DNA from: an uncultured Haloferula sp.
GTDB taxonomy: Bacteria > Verrucomicrobiota > Verrucomicrobiia > Verrucomicrobiales > Akkermansiaceae
DNA length: 64,000 nucleotides
Assembly: GCA_965652295.1 (NCBI GenBank)
Contig: CBFGTS010000004.1
Span: forward strand, 96,001 to 160,000
Direction of reading: 5' to 3'
In this document: positions 38,890 through 48,338 of the stretch, piece after piece
Layout of the letters: the number at the start of each line of letters is the position of its first letter
How positions within the stretch are numbered: position 1 is the first letter of the stretch
The notes under the pieces: model-generated
Databases searched by the model: none
The model's input: only the letters and a program-made list of their open reading frames with translations
What the model was told of the DNA's origin: nothing
Position numbers and translations under genes: made by a program

Positions 38890-39690
38890 ATGGCCAACAT
38901 TTTTGCCATCATCAGTGCGGTGCTTCTCGCCGCTTCCGCCTACGTCGCCTTCAAAAACAAGACCGCCTATCAGAACGAGATCGATCGCCGCCTGAGCGCC
39001 GAGCGAAACCTCGAACAGAATCAGGTGCGTCTGGCCGACCTCCAAGGACAGCGCGATGAAACGATCGCCACCCGCGAGGACGTCGAGTCCCAAACCGAGG
39101 CCCGCCGTGAGGAAGAGGTCACGGTTCAGACGACCAACAACCAGCTGAAGACGGACTTGGGCACCAAGAAGGCGACCTCCGAGGAGAACGCCGAACGGAT
39201 CGCCGAAATCGAGGAGCAGACCCAGGAACTCGGCGAAGTTCAGGAAGTCGCCGGCAAGATCCGCCAGCTCAAGGAGGAGATTTCCGAATTCGAAGACCAG
39301 CGGGCCACCCTTCAAGCGACGCGCGCCAACCTGCTCTCCGAGCGCAACAGCACGCAGGCGGTCATTTCCGACTACAACAAGATCAACCGCGATTACTCGA
39401 ACAAGAACTCGTTCTTCGATTCCGCCAGCATCAGCGCGATCTACGGCCCGTGGGGTTTTGTGACCATCTCCGCCGGCAATGCCGCGGGTGCGGTGGCAGG
39501 CTCGACGCTGGATGTGGTGCGCGATGGCGAGACGATCGCCAAGCTCCGCGTCCGCACCGTGGAAGCCGGCCGCGCTTCCGCCGATGTCATCCCCGGCTCC
39601 GTGGCCGAGGACACCACGCTGATGATCGGTGACACCGTCCGGCCCGCCGCGGGTGGATCGTCCAGCTCCGATGCCACCGAAGGCAACTGA
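38890..39690 (+). CDS. Uncharacterised membrane-anchored coiled-coil protein (paralog A)
   Basis: N-terminal TM helix, long E/Q/K heptad region, C-terminal GFV...G..L.V.R.G..IA...GD.V domain. Confidence 0.8.
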   Translation: MANIFAIISAVLLAASAYVAFKNKTAYQNEIDRRLSAERNLEQNQVRLADLQGQRDETIATREDVESQTEARREEEVTVQTTNNQLKTDLGTKKATSEENAERIAEIEEQTQELGEVQEVAGKIRQLKEEISEFEDQRATLQATRANLLSERNSTQAVISDYNKINRDYSNKNSFFDSASISAIYGPWGFVTISAGNAAGAVAGSTLDVVRDGETIAKLRVRTVEAGRASADVIPGSVAEDTTLMIGDTVRPAAGGSSSSDATEGN

Positions 39691-39725
39691 AGGCCCACCG
39701 GCAAAAACCCCATTTCCCATCACTC

Positions 39726-40541
39726 ATGAAAGCCCTGTTTTACGTTCTCGCCGTCCTCGGCATCGGTGCCGCGGCCTACTTCTCCAGCGTCACCAAGAAA
39801 AATCTGGAGCAACAGATCGCCGTCCATCAGGAAACCGTCTCCAACAACCGACGCGTTTCCGCGAACATTGACAAGACCTCGGCCGAACTTGAGGCGGAAG
39901 AAGGCAGCCTTGGCGCCGCCAACGAAGCCCTCGCCGAAGTCGATGCGAGCATTTCCAAGCTGAAAGCCGACCAAGCAACCATCAAGCGCGAGATCGCCAC
40001 CGTGGAAGGTGAAATCGAGGAGCAGAAGGCGAAATTGGACGAAGCCGAGAAGGCCCGCATCGCCATCCAGGAAGCTCTCAGTGCCGCCGGATTTGAGGGC
40101 GAGGTGACGATGAGCAGCATCCAGGAGAACATCAAATCGCTGACCGATCGTCAGAAGGAACTCGCTGCCGAAGTCGAGGAGCTCACGAGCACCATCGATT
40201 CGACGGAGAAGAGCATCGTTCAGAACCGCGAAGAGATCACCCGCCTGGCGCGCCGCAAGACTCAGCGTGACGCCCGCATCCGCCGCAACGCGATGTCCTC
40301 GGTGATCACCGGAGTCGATCAGAACTACGGTTTCGTGATCATCGGCGCTGGCAGCAACAGCGGCTTCCGGCCCCAGACCCGTCTGCTGGTGACCCGCAAC
40401 GGCCGCCGCATCGCCGAAGTCACTCCTTCGAGCATCGAGGCCTCCCAGACGGTTGCCGAGATCGACTTCGACTCGCTCGCTCCGGGCGTGGTGATCCAAC
40501 CGGGTGACCGGGTGATCCTGGCTGAGCCGGCCACCAACTGA
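39726..40541 (+). CDS. Uncharacterised membrane-anchored coiled-coil protein (paralog B)
   Basis: Same architecture and C-terminal motif as 38890-39690. Confidence 0.8.
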   Translation: MKALFYVLAVLGIGAAAYFSSVTKKNLEQQIAVHQETVSNNRRVSANIDKTSAELEAEEGSLGAANEALAEVDASISKLKADQATIKREIATVEGEIEEQKAKLDEAEKARIAIQEALSAAGFEGEVTMSSIQENIKSLTDRQKELAAEVEELTSTIDSTEKSIVQNREEITRLARRKTQRDARIRRNAMSSVITGVDQNYGFVIIGAGSNSGFRPQTRLLVTRNGRRIAEVTPSSIEASQTVAEIDFDSLAPGVVIQPGDRVILAEPATN

Positions 40542-40561
40542 GCCCCAAGCTTTCTTTTCCC

Positions 40562-40600
40562 AAAAACCTCCGCGCGCTTGAAACGCACGGAGGTTTTTTT
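40562..40600. terminator. Intrinsic terminator (potentially bidirectional)
   Basis: AAAAACCTCCGCGCG...CGCACGGAGGTTTTTT. Confidence 0.8.
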
Positions 40601-40611
40601 ATGCTCCGGCC

Positions 40612-40800
40612 ATGCGCCTTCTCCCGATCGTCTTGCTCTTCGCCGGATTCGCTCCCTTGGTTTCCTGCACTTCGGATCCGGATCTCGATCCCCAACCGAG
40701 GAAGCCGCCGACGGCCTCCAGCCAGCTTCCGCACAACCGCCCGATCGCAGGGCAGGGTGGCGGTCAAATGAGCGCGCTGCCCAGCCAGCCGCGGCGCTAA
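40612..40800 (+). CDS. Small putative lipoprotein
   Basis: 62 aa; hydrophobic signal with lipobox LVSC. Confidence 0.6.
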   Translation: MRLLPIVLLFAGFAPLVSCTSDPDLDPQPRKPPTASSQLPHNRPIAGQGGGQMSALPSQPRR

Positions 40801-40820
40801 GCCGAACGGGTTCGGCGGGC

Positions 40821-41261
40821 TCAGCGATGGTAGGGCTCGCCCTTCCTCAGGGTGGCCACGCGGTAGATCTGCTCCAACAGGACGACCAGGGCGATCTCAT
40901 GCTGGAGTGTCAGGCTGGAGAGCTGCCAGACCCGGTCGCTGGCCTGCCGCAGGGCGGGGGTGTGGCCATCGGAGGCTCCGATCAGGAATGAGACGTTCTT
41001 GATGTCGCCGCGCTGCTCCCATTGCTCGAAGGCATCCGCCCACTCGCGGGTGGTCAGTGCCTCGCCGCGTTCGTCGAGCGCGATGCGGAGGTGGCCCTCG
41101 CTCTTGGCGAGCAGGTTAGCCGAGACGGCCTCGGAATCGCCTGCCTTGAGGACGACCAGTTCCACGTTGCCGTAGCGGCGGAGGCGTCGGAGGTAGTCCT
41201 CGACGCCACGCTTGGCGTGATCCAAGGCGGGTTTGCCCGCCACCATGATCCGGATGCGCAT
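40821..41261 (-). CDS. rlmH: 23S rRNA pseudouridine-1915 N3-methyltransferase
   Basis: IALDERG, FLIGASDG, LSSLTLQH and EQIYR...GEPYHR. Confidence 0.93.
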   Translation of the reverse strand: MRIRIMVAGKPALDHAKRGVEDYLRRLRRYGNVELVVLKAGDSEAVSANLLAKSEGHLRIALDERGEALTTREWADAFEQWEQRGDIKNVSFLIGASDGHTPALRQASDRVWQLSSLTLQHEIALVVLLEQIYRVATLRKGEPYHR

Positions 41262-41341
41262 CGCCGTCAGTGAAGGAGGAGTTGCCCGCTCTGGCGAGTC
41301 CGGGCTTGCCGCCGCGAAATCGACGGAGATATTCCACCACC

Positions 41342-41662
41342 ATGAAGCAAACGCTCCCGTTGGTCCTGATTCTCGCCGCTTGTGCCCACCACCAAGCGCA
41401 TACGGAGGAGGCTCATAACCGCAAGGTGATGGCACTGCAGGAGAAGTTCGACCGCTTCGATTACAACGCCAACGGCGAGCTCACCCGCGCCGAGATCGTG
41501 CAGGGAGTGCGGGAATCCGACGTGAGCGGGGTGACGTCCGAGGAGCTGGACCTGCTCATGAAGCACTACGACGTCAACAAGGACGGTGCGATTTCCCGCT
41601 GGGAGACGCAGCGTGCCATCGACACGCCGCTCCCGGAGGAAATTCACGATCACGCTCACTGA
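41342..41662 (+). CDS. EF-hand lipoprotein
   Basis: Lipobox LAAC; DYNANGELTRAE and DVNKDGAISRWE EF-hands. Confidence 0.75.
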   Translation: MKQTLPLVLILAACAHHQAHTEEAHNRKVMALQEKFDRFDYNANGELTRAEIVQGVRESDVSGVTSEELDLLMKHYDVNKDGAISRWETQRAIDTPLPEEIHDHAH

Positions 41663-41676
41663 CCGGCTCGTCCCGG

Positions 41677-43254
41677 TCAGCGGACGCGCTCAAGCAACCA
41701 GGCCAGCAGGCCCTCGACCGGCAGGCGCTCCTGTTCCATGGAGTCGCGGTGGCGCACGGTGACGGTGCCCTTCAGCTCCTCGCCGTTTTCACCGATGGTG
41801 TCGAAATCGACGGTGATGCAGAACGGGGTGCCGATCTCATCCTGGCGACGGTAGCGCCGGCCGACGGCGCCGCCGTCGTCGTAGAAGACGTTCATCCACG
41901 GCTGGAGCGTTTTCTGAATCTCGCGGCAGATGCGGACCTGTTCCTCGTTCTTCTTCAGAAGGGGGAAAATCCCGACCTTGATGGGAGCCATGCGTGGGAC
42001 GAAGCGCAGCACGGTGCGGACGTCCTTCTTGCCTTTGTCGTCGGTGAGTTCCTCTTCGTCAAACGCCTCGCAGATCATGGCGAGCACGGTGCGGTCGCAG
42101 CCGGCGGAGGGCTCGACGACGTGGGGGAGGAAGCGTTCCTTGGTTTCCTCGTCGAAGTATTCAAGCGGCTTTCCGGAGCCTTTCTGATGAACGCCGAGGT
42201 CGTAATCGGTGCGGTAGGCGACGCCTTCCAGTTCCTGGATTCCGAAGGGGAACTCGTATTCGATGTCGTAGGTTTTCTTCGAGTAGAAGGCGCGCTCGCC
42301 GTCGGGGACGTCGAGGATGTGCAGCTTGTCGCGCGGGACGCCGATCTCCTCGTAGAAGTTGAGGCGGGCTTCGAGCCACTCGTCGGTGAGACGCAGGCCG
42401 TCCTCGGGGCGGCAGAAGTATTCGATCTCCATCTGCTCGAACTCGCGGCTACGGAAGGTGTAGTTGCGCGGGTTGATCTCGTTGCGGAACGACTTGCCGA
42501 CCTGGGCGATGCCGAAGGGCAGCTTCACGCGGTTGGAGTCGAGGATGTTCTTGTACTGGGCGAAGATCGACTGGGCGGTTTCCGGGCGGAGATAGGCGAC
42601 CGCGTTCGGGTCGTTTTCGTCGGCCGAGGCCCCCATGGTCGTCTTGAACATGAGGTTGAAATCGCGGGGCTCGGTGAGGAGCGATCCGTTCTCAGGATTG
42701 AAGGAAGTGCTGCCGGTGACGGTCTCCTGGCGGTCTTCGGTGATCTCAAGCTCCTTCGGAGAGACTTTCTTGTCCGGCATGAACTGGGCGTAGTACTGGC
42801 GGGCGACCTTTTTCGCGGAAGCCGGTTCCTTGTCCGGAGCGACCAATACGGCGAAGGGGCGCTCAACGCTCCAGCCGGTTTCGAGCTTGGCTCCGGAAAA
42901 CCAGACGACGGTGCCGTCCTGCGCGGGGATCTGGTCGGCGCGCAGGCGGGATTTGGACAGAAGGCAGTCGCACATCGGATCGCTGAAACCGTCGAGGTGG
43001 CCGGACGATTTGAGGACCTGCTGCATCGTCAGGATCGCGCCATCCATCCCGAGCACGTCATCGCGCTCCTGGACGGTCTTGCGCCACCAATAGTCCTTGA
43101 GGTTGCGCTTCAGCTCGGCACCCAGCGGGCCGTAGTCCCAGCAACCATTCAGCCCTCCGTAGAGTTCGCCGGCTTGGAAAATGAAGCCGCGGCGTTTGCA
43201 GAGGGAGACGATTTTCTCCATGCGGACGGGGTCGGTATGCTCCTTGTTGGCCAT
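41677..43254 (-). CDS. glyQS: Glycine--tRNA ligase (alpha2 type)
   Basis: LCKRRGF, DYGPLG, LRPETAQ, FRNEI, REFEQME and GRRYRRQDEIGTP. Confidence 0.96.
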   Translation of the reverse strand: MANKEHTDPVRMEKIVSLCKRRGFIFQAGELYGGLNGCWDYGPLGAELKRNLKDYWWRKTVQERDDVLGMDGAILTMQQVLKSSGHLDGFSDPMCDCLLSKSRLRADQIPAQDGTVVWFSGAKLETGWSVERPFAVLVAPDKEPASAKKVARQYYAQFMPDKKVSPKELEITEDRQETVTGSTSFNPENGSLLTEPRDFNLMFKTTMGASADENDPNAVAYLRPETAQSIFAQYKNILDSNRVKLPFGIAQVGKSFRNEINPRNYTFRSREFEQMEIEYFCRPEDGLRLTDEWLEARLNFYEEIGVPRDKLHILDVPDGERAFYSKKTYDIEYEFPFGIQELEGVAYRTDYDLGVHQKGSGKPLEYFDEETKERFLPHVVEPSAGCDRTVLAMICEAFDEEELTDDKGKKDVRTVLRFVPRMAPIKVGIFPLLKKNEEQVRICREIQKTLQPWMNVFYDDGGAVGRRYRRQDEIGTPFCITVDFDTIGENGEELKGTVTVRHRDSMEQERLPVEGLLAWLLERVR

Positions 43255-43417
43255 GATTTGATGCGGAAAACGGTGGGCCGGGAGGAAATCAGTCCGCTTC
43301 GGCCGGGGCAAGGCGCGATTCGTTGGGGAATGGCAGCCGGTGTGTGGCATCCCAGGTGGAAACAACGCCTCGAATTCCCAATCGCCACCCGCACCGGCAC
43401 TGGTGCATGGATGTGGC

Positions 43418-44347
43418 GTGCTTGCCGCATCGCTGCTGACATTGCTGAGTTTCGGGCTCCTGTTTGTGGGAGCGGAATGGTTGGTGAAGGGAGGTGCCGG
43501 AGTGGCGCTGCGTCTCGGGCTGACGGCCTTGGTCGTGGGGCTGACGGTGGTCGCCTACGGAACCTCGTCGCCGGAACTGCTGGTTTCCCTGAAAGCGGCG
43601 TGGGCGGGACAGCCCGGGATCGCGGTGGGGAACGTCGTCGGCTCGAACATCTTCAACATCGCCGTGATCCTCGGGCTGGCGTCGTTGATCCGCCCGGTGC
43701 GGGTCGAGGCGTCGGTGATCCGGCGGGATGCGCCCGTGATGGTCGCGGTGACGCTCGCCGGTATCGCTGCGCTCTGGGATGGAAATGTTTCCCGCTGGGA
43801 AGGAGCGCTGCTGGTCTTGGCGAGCGTGGTTTACACGGTGTGGATCGTGGTGGCGGCGCGAAAGGAGAAGTCTTCCGAGGATGAAGGCTTGAAGCCGCTC
43901 GGGGTGGGGAAGGCGCTTTTCTTCATCATCGCAGGACTGATCGTGCTCGCGCTAGGTTCACGCTTGTTGGTGGACAATGCGGTGGTGATCGCCCGGGGAC
44001 TCGGGGTTTCCGAGGCGGTCATCGGGCTGACGATCATCGCGGCCGGCACGTCCATGCCCGAGTTGGCGACCTCGGCCATCGGCGCATTCCGCGGCCAGTC
44101 GGACATCGCCTTGGGAAATGTGGTGGGCTCGAACATCTTCAACGTTCTTTTCGTGATGGGCCTCGCGGCGGTGGTGCATCCCATCGAGGGAGCGGCGCTC
44201 CGCGGCGTGGATCAGCTCTTCCTGCTGGGGACGGCCGTGCTTCTGGCTCCCCTGATGTGGACCGGGCGGGTGATCGGGCGGCGCGAGGGAGGGATCCTGT
44301 TGGCCTCCTACGCGGCGTACCTCTGGCTGATGTGGCCGAAGGGATAG
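43418..44347 (+). CDS. Calcium/sodium antiporter (YrbG/CaCA family)
   Basis: Two GTSxPEL...GNVVGSNIFN repeats; start uncertain. Confidence 0.92.
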   Translation: MLAASLLTLLSFGLLFVGAEWLVKGGAGVALRLGLTALVVGLTVVAYGTSSPELLVSLKAAWAGQPGIAVGNVVGSNIFNIAVILGLASLIRPVRVEASVIRRDAPVMVAVTLAGIAALWDGNVSRWEGALLVLASVVYTVWIVVAARKEKSSEDEGLKPLGVGKALFFIIAGLIVLALGSRLLVDNAVVIARGLGVSEAVIGLTIIAAGTSMPELATSAIGAFRGQSDIALGNVVGSNIFNVLFVMGLAAVVHPIEGAALRGVDQLFLLGTAVLLAPLMWTGRVIGRREGGILLASYAAYLWLMWPKG

Positions 44348-44348
44348 C

Positions 44349-44386
44349 AGCCTGTTGAAAAGACCATCCGGGTTTTTCAACAGGCT
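44349..44386. repeat. 13-bp inverted repeat between convergent genes (terminator or IS-end-like remnant)
   Basis: AGCCTGTTGAAAA-N12-TTTTCAACAGGCT. Confidence 0.75.
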
Positions 44387-46198
44387 TCAAGTGAATGGCC
44401 AGAGAACGGGAATCAGCAGGCAGGCGGTCACCCAGCAAATCCCATTCAAGGGCAGGCCGACGCGCAGGAAATCCGCGAAACGAAAACCGCCGGGACCATA
44501 GACCATCAGGTGCGTCTGGTAGCCCATCGGTAAAGCGAATGCCAGGGAGGAGGCGAGGATCACGCCGATGGCAAAAGGTCGTGTGGCGACGTCCATTTGT
44601 TCGGCGAGAGGAATCACCAGCGGCAGCATCATGACCGCGGTGGCATTGTTTGACAGCACCTCGGTCAGTAGCAGAGTGAGCAGGAAAACTCCCCACAGGA
44701 GAGCATAAGGCAGCATTTCCGGGGAAACGAAGCCGGCCGCCAGCGCGACCAGACCTTTGGCGAGATAGGCTGCGGTGCCGGTGGTTTGCATGGCCATTCC
44801 GAGGCCGAGGAGTCCGTAGAGCATGAACAGCACCTGCCAGTCGATCGCCTGATAGGCCGCCCGAGGGGTGAGCACGCGCGACCAAAGCAGAACCAAAGCG
44901 GCAACGATGGCCGCGAAATGGATGGGCACCGCTGGAACGCCTGGAATCCGGGCATGAAGAAAATCGGAGAGAGTTGCGGTGGCGACCGTGCCGACGAGAG
45001 CAGAGATCGCGAGGACGGCGTGGGATTTCCGCAACGGCGGTCCCGCAGCCGGCGCGTCGGTCAAAACGAAATCATGGCTCGCCTTGAGTTCGTCCAGATT
45101 GAATGCGGGCGTGACCACCAGCAGGCTGTCACCGCTTTCGAGGGTGAGGTTGCCGAGCTGACGGGTGATGTTCTTCCCGCCGCGATGCAGGGCGAGAACC
45201 ACGGCATTGTAGCGTTGTCGAAAGGAGGTTTCGCTGAGTGTTCGACCCAGCAATGACGAATCGTGGCCCAAAACCAGTTCGGTCACGATCCCGTCGATTT
45301 CCGAAATCGGCTCGAGACCCAGAGCGGCCGCGAAGCTTCCTGGATCGGCCTTGGTGCCGTGGAAGGCGAGGAGGAACCGATCGAAGCGTTCGATGACCAG
45401 CTCGTTGAGTTGCTCGGTGAGACGGTGCCCTGCGCGGCGCACTTCGAGGATATGGATACCGGCCTCCGCGGCTGCGAGCGGAGAATCGATCCAACGCATT
45501 CCGACGAGCGGCGAATCGGCCATCACCAGCACATGATGGAGCGGCTTCCTCCGCTGATCTGAAGCGAGTAGGGCGGTGACCGAAGTGCGGGCGGGAATGA
45601 GCTTCGGTCCGAGGACGACCAGATAGGCAATGCCGGCGATGGCGATGGGAATGCCGATCGGAGCCAACTCGAACATCGAAAGGGGCCTTTGTCCCATTTC
45701 CACCAGCACGCCATTGGCGAGGAGGTTGGTCGAGGTGCCGATGAGCGTGCAGCAACCTCCGAGGATCGATGCGTAGGAGAGGGGCATCAGCAGGCGGCCG
45801 GCGGCCATGTCGCGGGAGCGGGCGAACCCGAGGACCACGGGCATGAGGATCGCCACGATGGCCGTGTTGTTCATGAACGCGCTGGCCGAGGCGGAGAGCA
45901 GGGTGATCCCGAGAATCGAGGTCCGCACCCCGCCGGTGAGATGGCGCTTCAGAAAGAGCCCCATCTTGGCGACCGCCCCGGTCTCCTCCAACGCACCGCC
46001 GATCACGAACAGCGCTGCAATCGTGAGCGGGGCCTCGTTTTTGAAGACCTCCGCCATCCGCTCCATGGGCACCAGACCGAGGGCGACGACCAGGCAGAGG
46101 GTCGAGAGCGCGAGAACGTCCGGGGGAGCCCACTCGCGCACGAAGGCGATGAGGACAAGGGTGACGACGCCGAGGGTGAGCGCGATATCGAGGCTCAT
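44387..46198 (-). CDS. SLC13/CitMHS-like permease with TrkA-C domains
   Basis: SAFMNNT, GGCCTLIGTSTNL, central RCK-C segment, SNNATA and PMGYQTH..VYGPG. Confidence 0.9.
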   Translation of the reverse strand: MSLDIALTLGVVTLVLIAFVREWAPPDVLALSTLCLVVALGLVPMERMAEVFKNEAPLTIAALFVIGGALEETGAVAKMGLFLKRHLTGGVRTSILGITLLSASASAFMNNTAIVAILMPVVLGFARSRDMAAGRLLMPLSYASILGGCCTLIGTSTNLLANGVLVEMGQRPLSMFELAPIGIPIAIAGIAYLVVLGPKLIPARTSVTALLASDQRRKPLHHVLVMADSPLVGMRWIDSPLAAAEAGIHILEVRRAGHRLTEQLNELVIERFDRFLLAFHGTKADPGSFAAALGLEPISEIDGIVTELVLGHDSSLLGRTLSETSFRQRYNAVVLALHRGGKNITRQLGNLTLESGDSLLVVTPAFNLDELKASHDFVLTDAPAAGPPLRKSHAVLAISALVGTVATATLSDFLHARIPGVPAVPIHFAAIVAALVLLWSRVLTPRAAYQAIDWQVLFMLYGLLGLGMAMQTTGTAAYLAKGLVALAAGFVSPEMLPYALLWGVFLLTLLLTEVLSNNATAVMMLPLVIPLAEQMDVATRPFAIGVILASSLAFALPMGYQTHLMVYGPGGFRFADFLRVGLPLNGICWVTACLLIPVLWPFT

Positions 46199-46287
46199 GG
46201 ATGCGTCATCCCCGTATCGGAAAACACCGGGCTGGCAAGCGACATCATCGCTTGCGATTCCACCTCGGGAGACCTCAGCATCCGGTC

Positions 46288-46839
46288 ATGCAACGCTGCC
46301 CGTGGGTGCCGGAGGACAAGCCGCTTTACGTTGAGTATCACGACGCCGAATGGGGCGTGCCGTCGCGGGATCCGCGCTATCTTTTCGAAATGATCTGTCT
46401 GGAGGGGGCGCAGGCAGGTCTCTCATGGTGGACGGTGCTTCAGAAGCGCGCGCGCTACCGCGAGGTGTTCCGGAATTTCGAGCCGGAAGCGGTGGCACGG
46501 ATGACCGACCGGCAGCTCGAGAAGCTGGTGGAGGATCCGGGTATCATCCGCCACCGTGGCAAGGTTTTTTCCGTCCGCCAGAACGCCCGTGCGTGGCTGG
46601 AGCTGGACGAGCCCGTCGAGTGGCTGTGGTCGTTTGTGGGCGGAAAGACCATCGTCAACCGTCCGCGGGCGATGGCCGACTACGCGGCCACCACCCCGCA
46701 GTCGGACGCCCTGAGCAAGGCATTGCGGAAGGCGGGGTTCAACTTCGTCGGCTCGACCACGATGCATGCCTTCATGCAAGCCGTCGGGATGGTCAACGAC
46801 CACTCGGCGGACTGTTTCAGGAGAAAGTGCGTCCTATAG
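46288..46839 (+). CDS. tag: DNA-3-methyladenine glycosylase I
   Basis: RCPW, YHDAEWG, LEGAQAGLSW and MQAVGMVNDH. Confidence 0.95.
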   Translation: MQRCPWVPEDKPLYVEYHDAEWGVPSRDPRYLFEMICLEGAQAGLSWWTVLQKRARYREVFRNFEPEAVARMTDRQLEKLVEDPGIIRHRGKVFSVRQNARAWLELDEPVEWLWSFVGGKTIVNRPRAMADYAATTPQSDALSKALRKAGFNFVGSTTMHAFMQAVGMVNDHSADCFRRKCVL

Positions 46840-46858
46840 GTCCGATGGGTTCCATTCC

Positions 46859-48274
46859 TCACCACGTGTAGTGCGCGGTATAGGTGATGGTCTTCTCCTC
46901 GTCCGGTTGCAGGGCCACGGTGAACTCGATCGTCTGGGCGTCTTCTTTCACGAACTCCATGGACGGGTTCTCGATCTCCCAGTTCGACCAGCGCCAGAGG
47001 TGCTCGCGGACGATGATGGTTTTCGGTTCCTTCGAGCGATTTTTCACGATGACTTCCACCGACTCGCGGATCCATTCCTGCCGATTCTTGCTCTGAAAGT
47101 CGGTGATCTTCCGCTCGCCGACGAGATCGAAGGCGTTGCCGGTGTAGATGCTCAGGTCCTCGTTGCGCGGTGTGTGGTCGATGTTGTTCTCTCCGACGAA
47201 CTCGAGGTTTCCATCCGCGGAGTCTTCCCGGTAGAAGCGCACTCTTCCGGCGGGAAGAGGAACGCCGAGCCCATTCTGCTCCGTATTACTAAATTCCCAG
47301 TAGATCGCGACGTCCTTCGGGAAGGTTTGCCCCTGGATCGGCTGAGTCTGCACGCCTCCCCGGAAGCGGAACATGGAAGCGGGGTCATAAACGTATTTCT
47401 TCACCGCCGTCACCTCGGGAGAACGGAGGAACTCGACCTGCTTGGTTTCCTTGTCGCGGATCGTGAGTGGACGCGGCAGCGTGTAGAGGTGGAAATCGTC
47501 GAAGGCCTTCTCCTCGACCGTCTCCGCCGCGGGAACGGCTGCCATGTCCAGAAATTGACGTCCCATCGTCTGAACCTGCGGCTCGACGAGGTTCACGTCT
47601 CCCGCCACGAGCTTCACCTTCGCGTCATCGAAGCCGGTGCCGGACTGGTTGCTCACTGTCACCCAGCCGGTCAGTGAAACGGTCTCGCCTTTTTCCGGGG
47701 CGACGAGGTTGTAGTCCGCCTCCCACGAGAAACCGGAAGTTAGATAGGACAGCTGCGCGTCGAAATCCGCCGCGGCAGGCGAGGCGATCTGCCACGTCAG
47801 GGTCGGGCGCAGGATGGAGCCATCGCCTAGTGAGGGAAACAGCGGTTCCCCGGGGAGGGAGAAGATCAGGTTGCCATCGACCTCGATGATCGGCTCGGTC
47901 GGCTGGCCGCCGGGGACGTAGCCGGAACGGACGATTTTTCCATCCACCAGCTCGACGCGGCCGTCCGGGTAGGTGTGGCTGAATTGGATCGCCTTTCCCT
48001 CGAAATGGCTCAGCAGCAGCCAGCGGCTGACAGGGTCATTGCGGTAGCTCTGCACCAGGACCGAAAAGTCATGTTCACCCGCTGGATCGCGCAACACGAC
48101 CGAGTCCGCCTGCACCTGCGCGGTGGCGCGGTCGAAGGACACGGTGGTTTCTCCCGCGGCGAGTTGGAGCGGCAGGGTCTCGCGGACGACGGCGAGGTTC
48201 TGGTTGTAAATCGTGAGGGCCGGTTGTCCGGAAGCGCCGATGGCAAGGGTGGTGAGCAGCAAAGAAGTCTTCAT
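46859..48274 (-). CDS. DUF4139-domain secreted protein
   Basis: LTIYNQNLAVVRE, SWEADY, NQSG, PLPAGRVRFY and IDHTP. Confidence 0.8.
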   Translation of the reverse strand: MKTSLLLTTLAIGASGQPALTIYNQNLAVVRETLPLQLAAGETTVSFDRATAQVQADSVVLRDPAGEHDFSVLVQSYRNDPVSRWLLLSHFEGKAIQFSHTYPDGRVELVDGKIVRSGYVPGGQPTEPIIEVDGNLIFSLPGEPLFPSLGDGSILRPTLTWQIASPAAADFDAQLSYLTSGFSWEADYNLVAPEKGETVSLTGWVTVSNQSGTGFDDAKVKLVAGDVNLVEPQVQTMGRQFLDMAAVPAAETVEEKAFDDFHLYTLPRPLTIRDKETKQVEFLRSPEVTAVKKYVYDPASMFRFRGGVQTQPIQGQTFPKDVAIYWEFSNTEQNGLGVPLPAGRVRFYREDSADGNLEFVGENNIDHTPRNEDLSIYTGNAFDLVGERKITDFQSKNRQEWIRESVEVIVKNRSKEPKTIIVREHLWRWSNWEIENPSMEFVKEDAQTIEFTVALQPDEEKTITYTAHYTW

Positions 48275-48338
48275 GGTCTATCCTGCATTGAAGCGCGGAG
48301 CGGCGATTGTGACAGGGAAAATCCTGTCGACTTCGATT

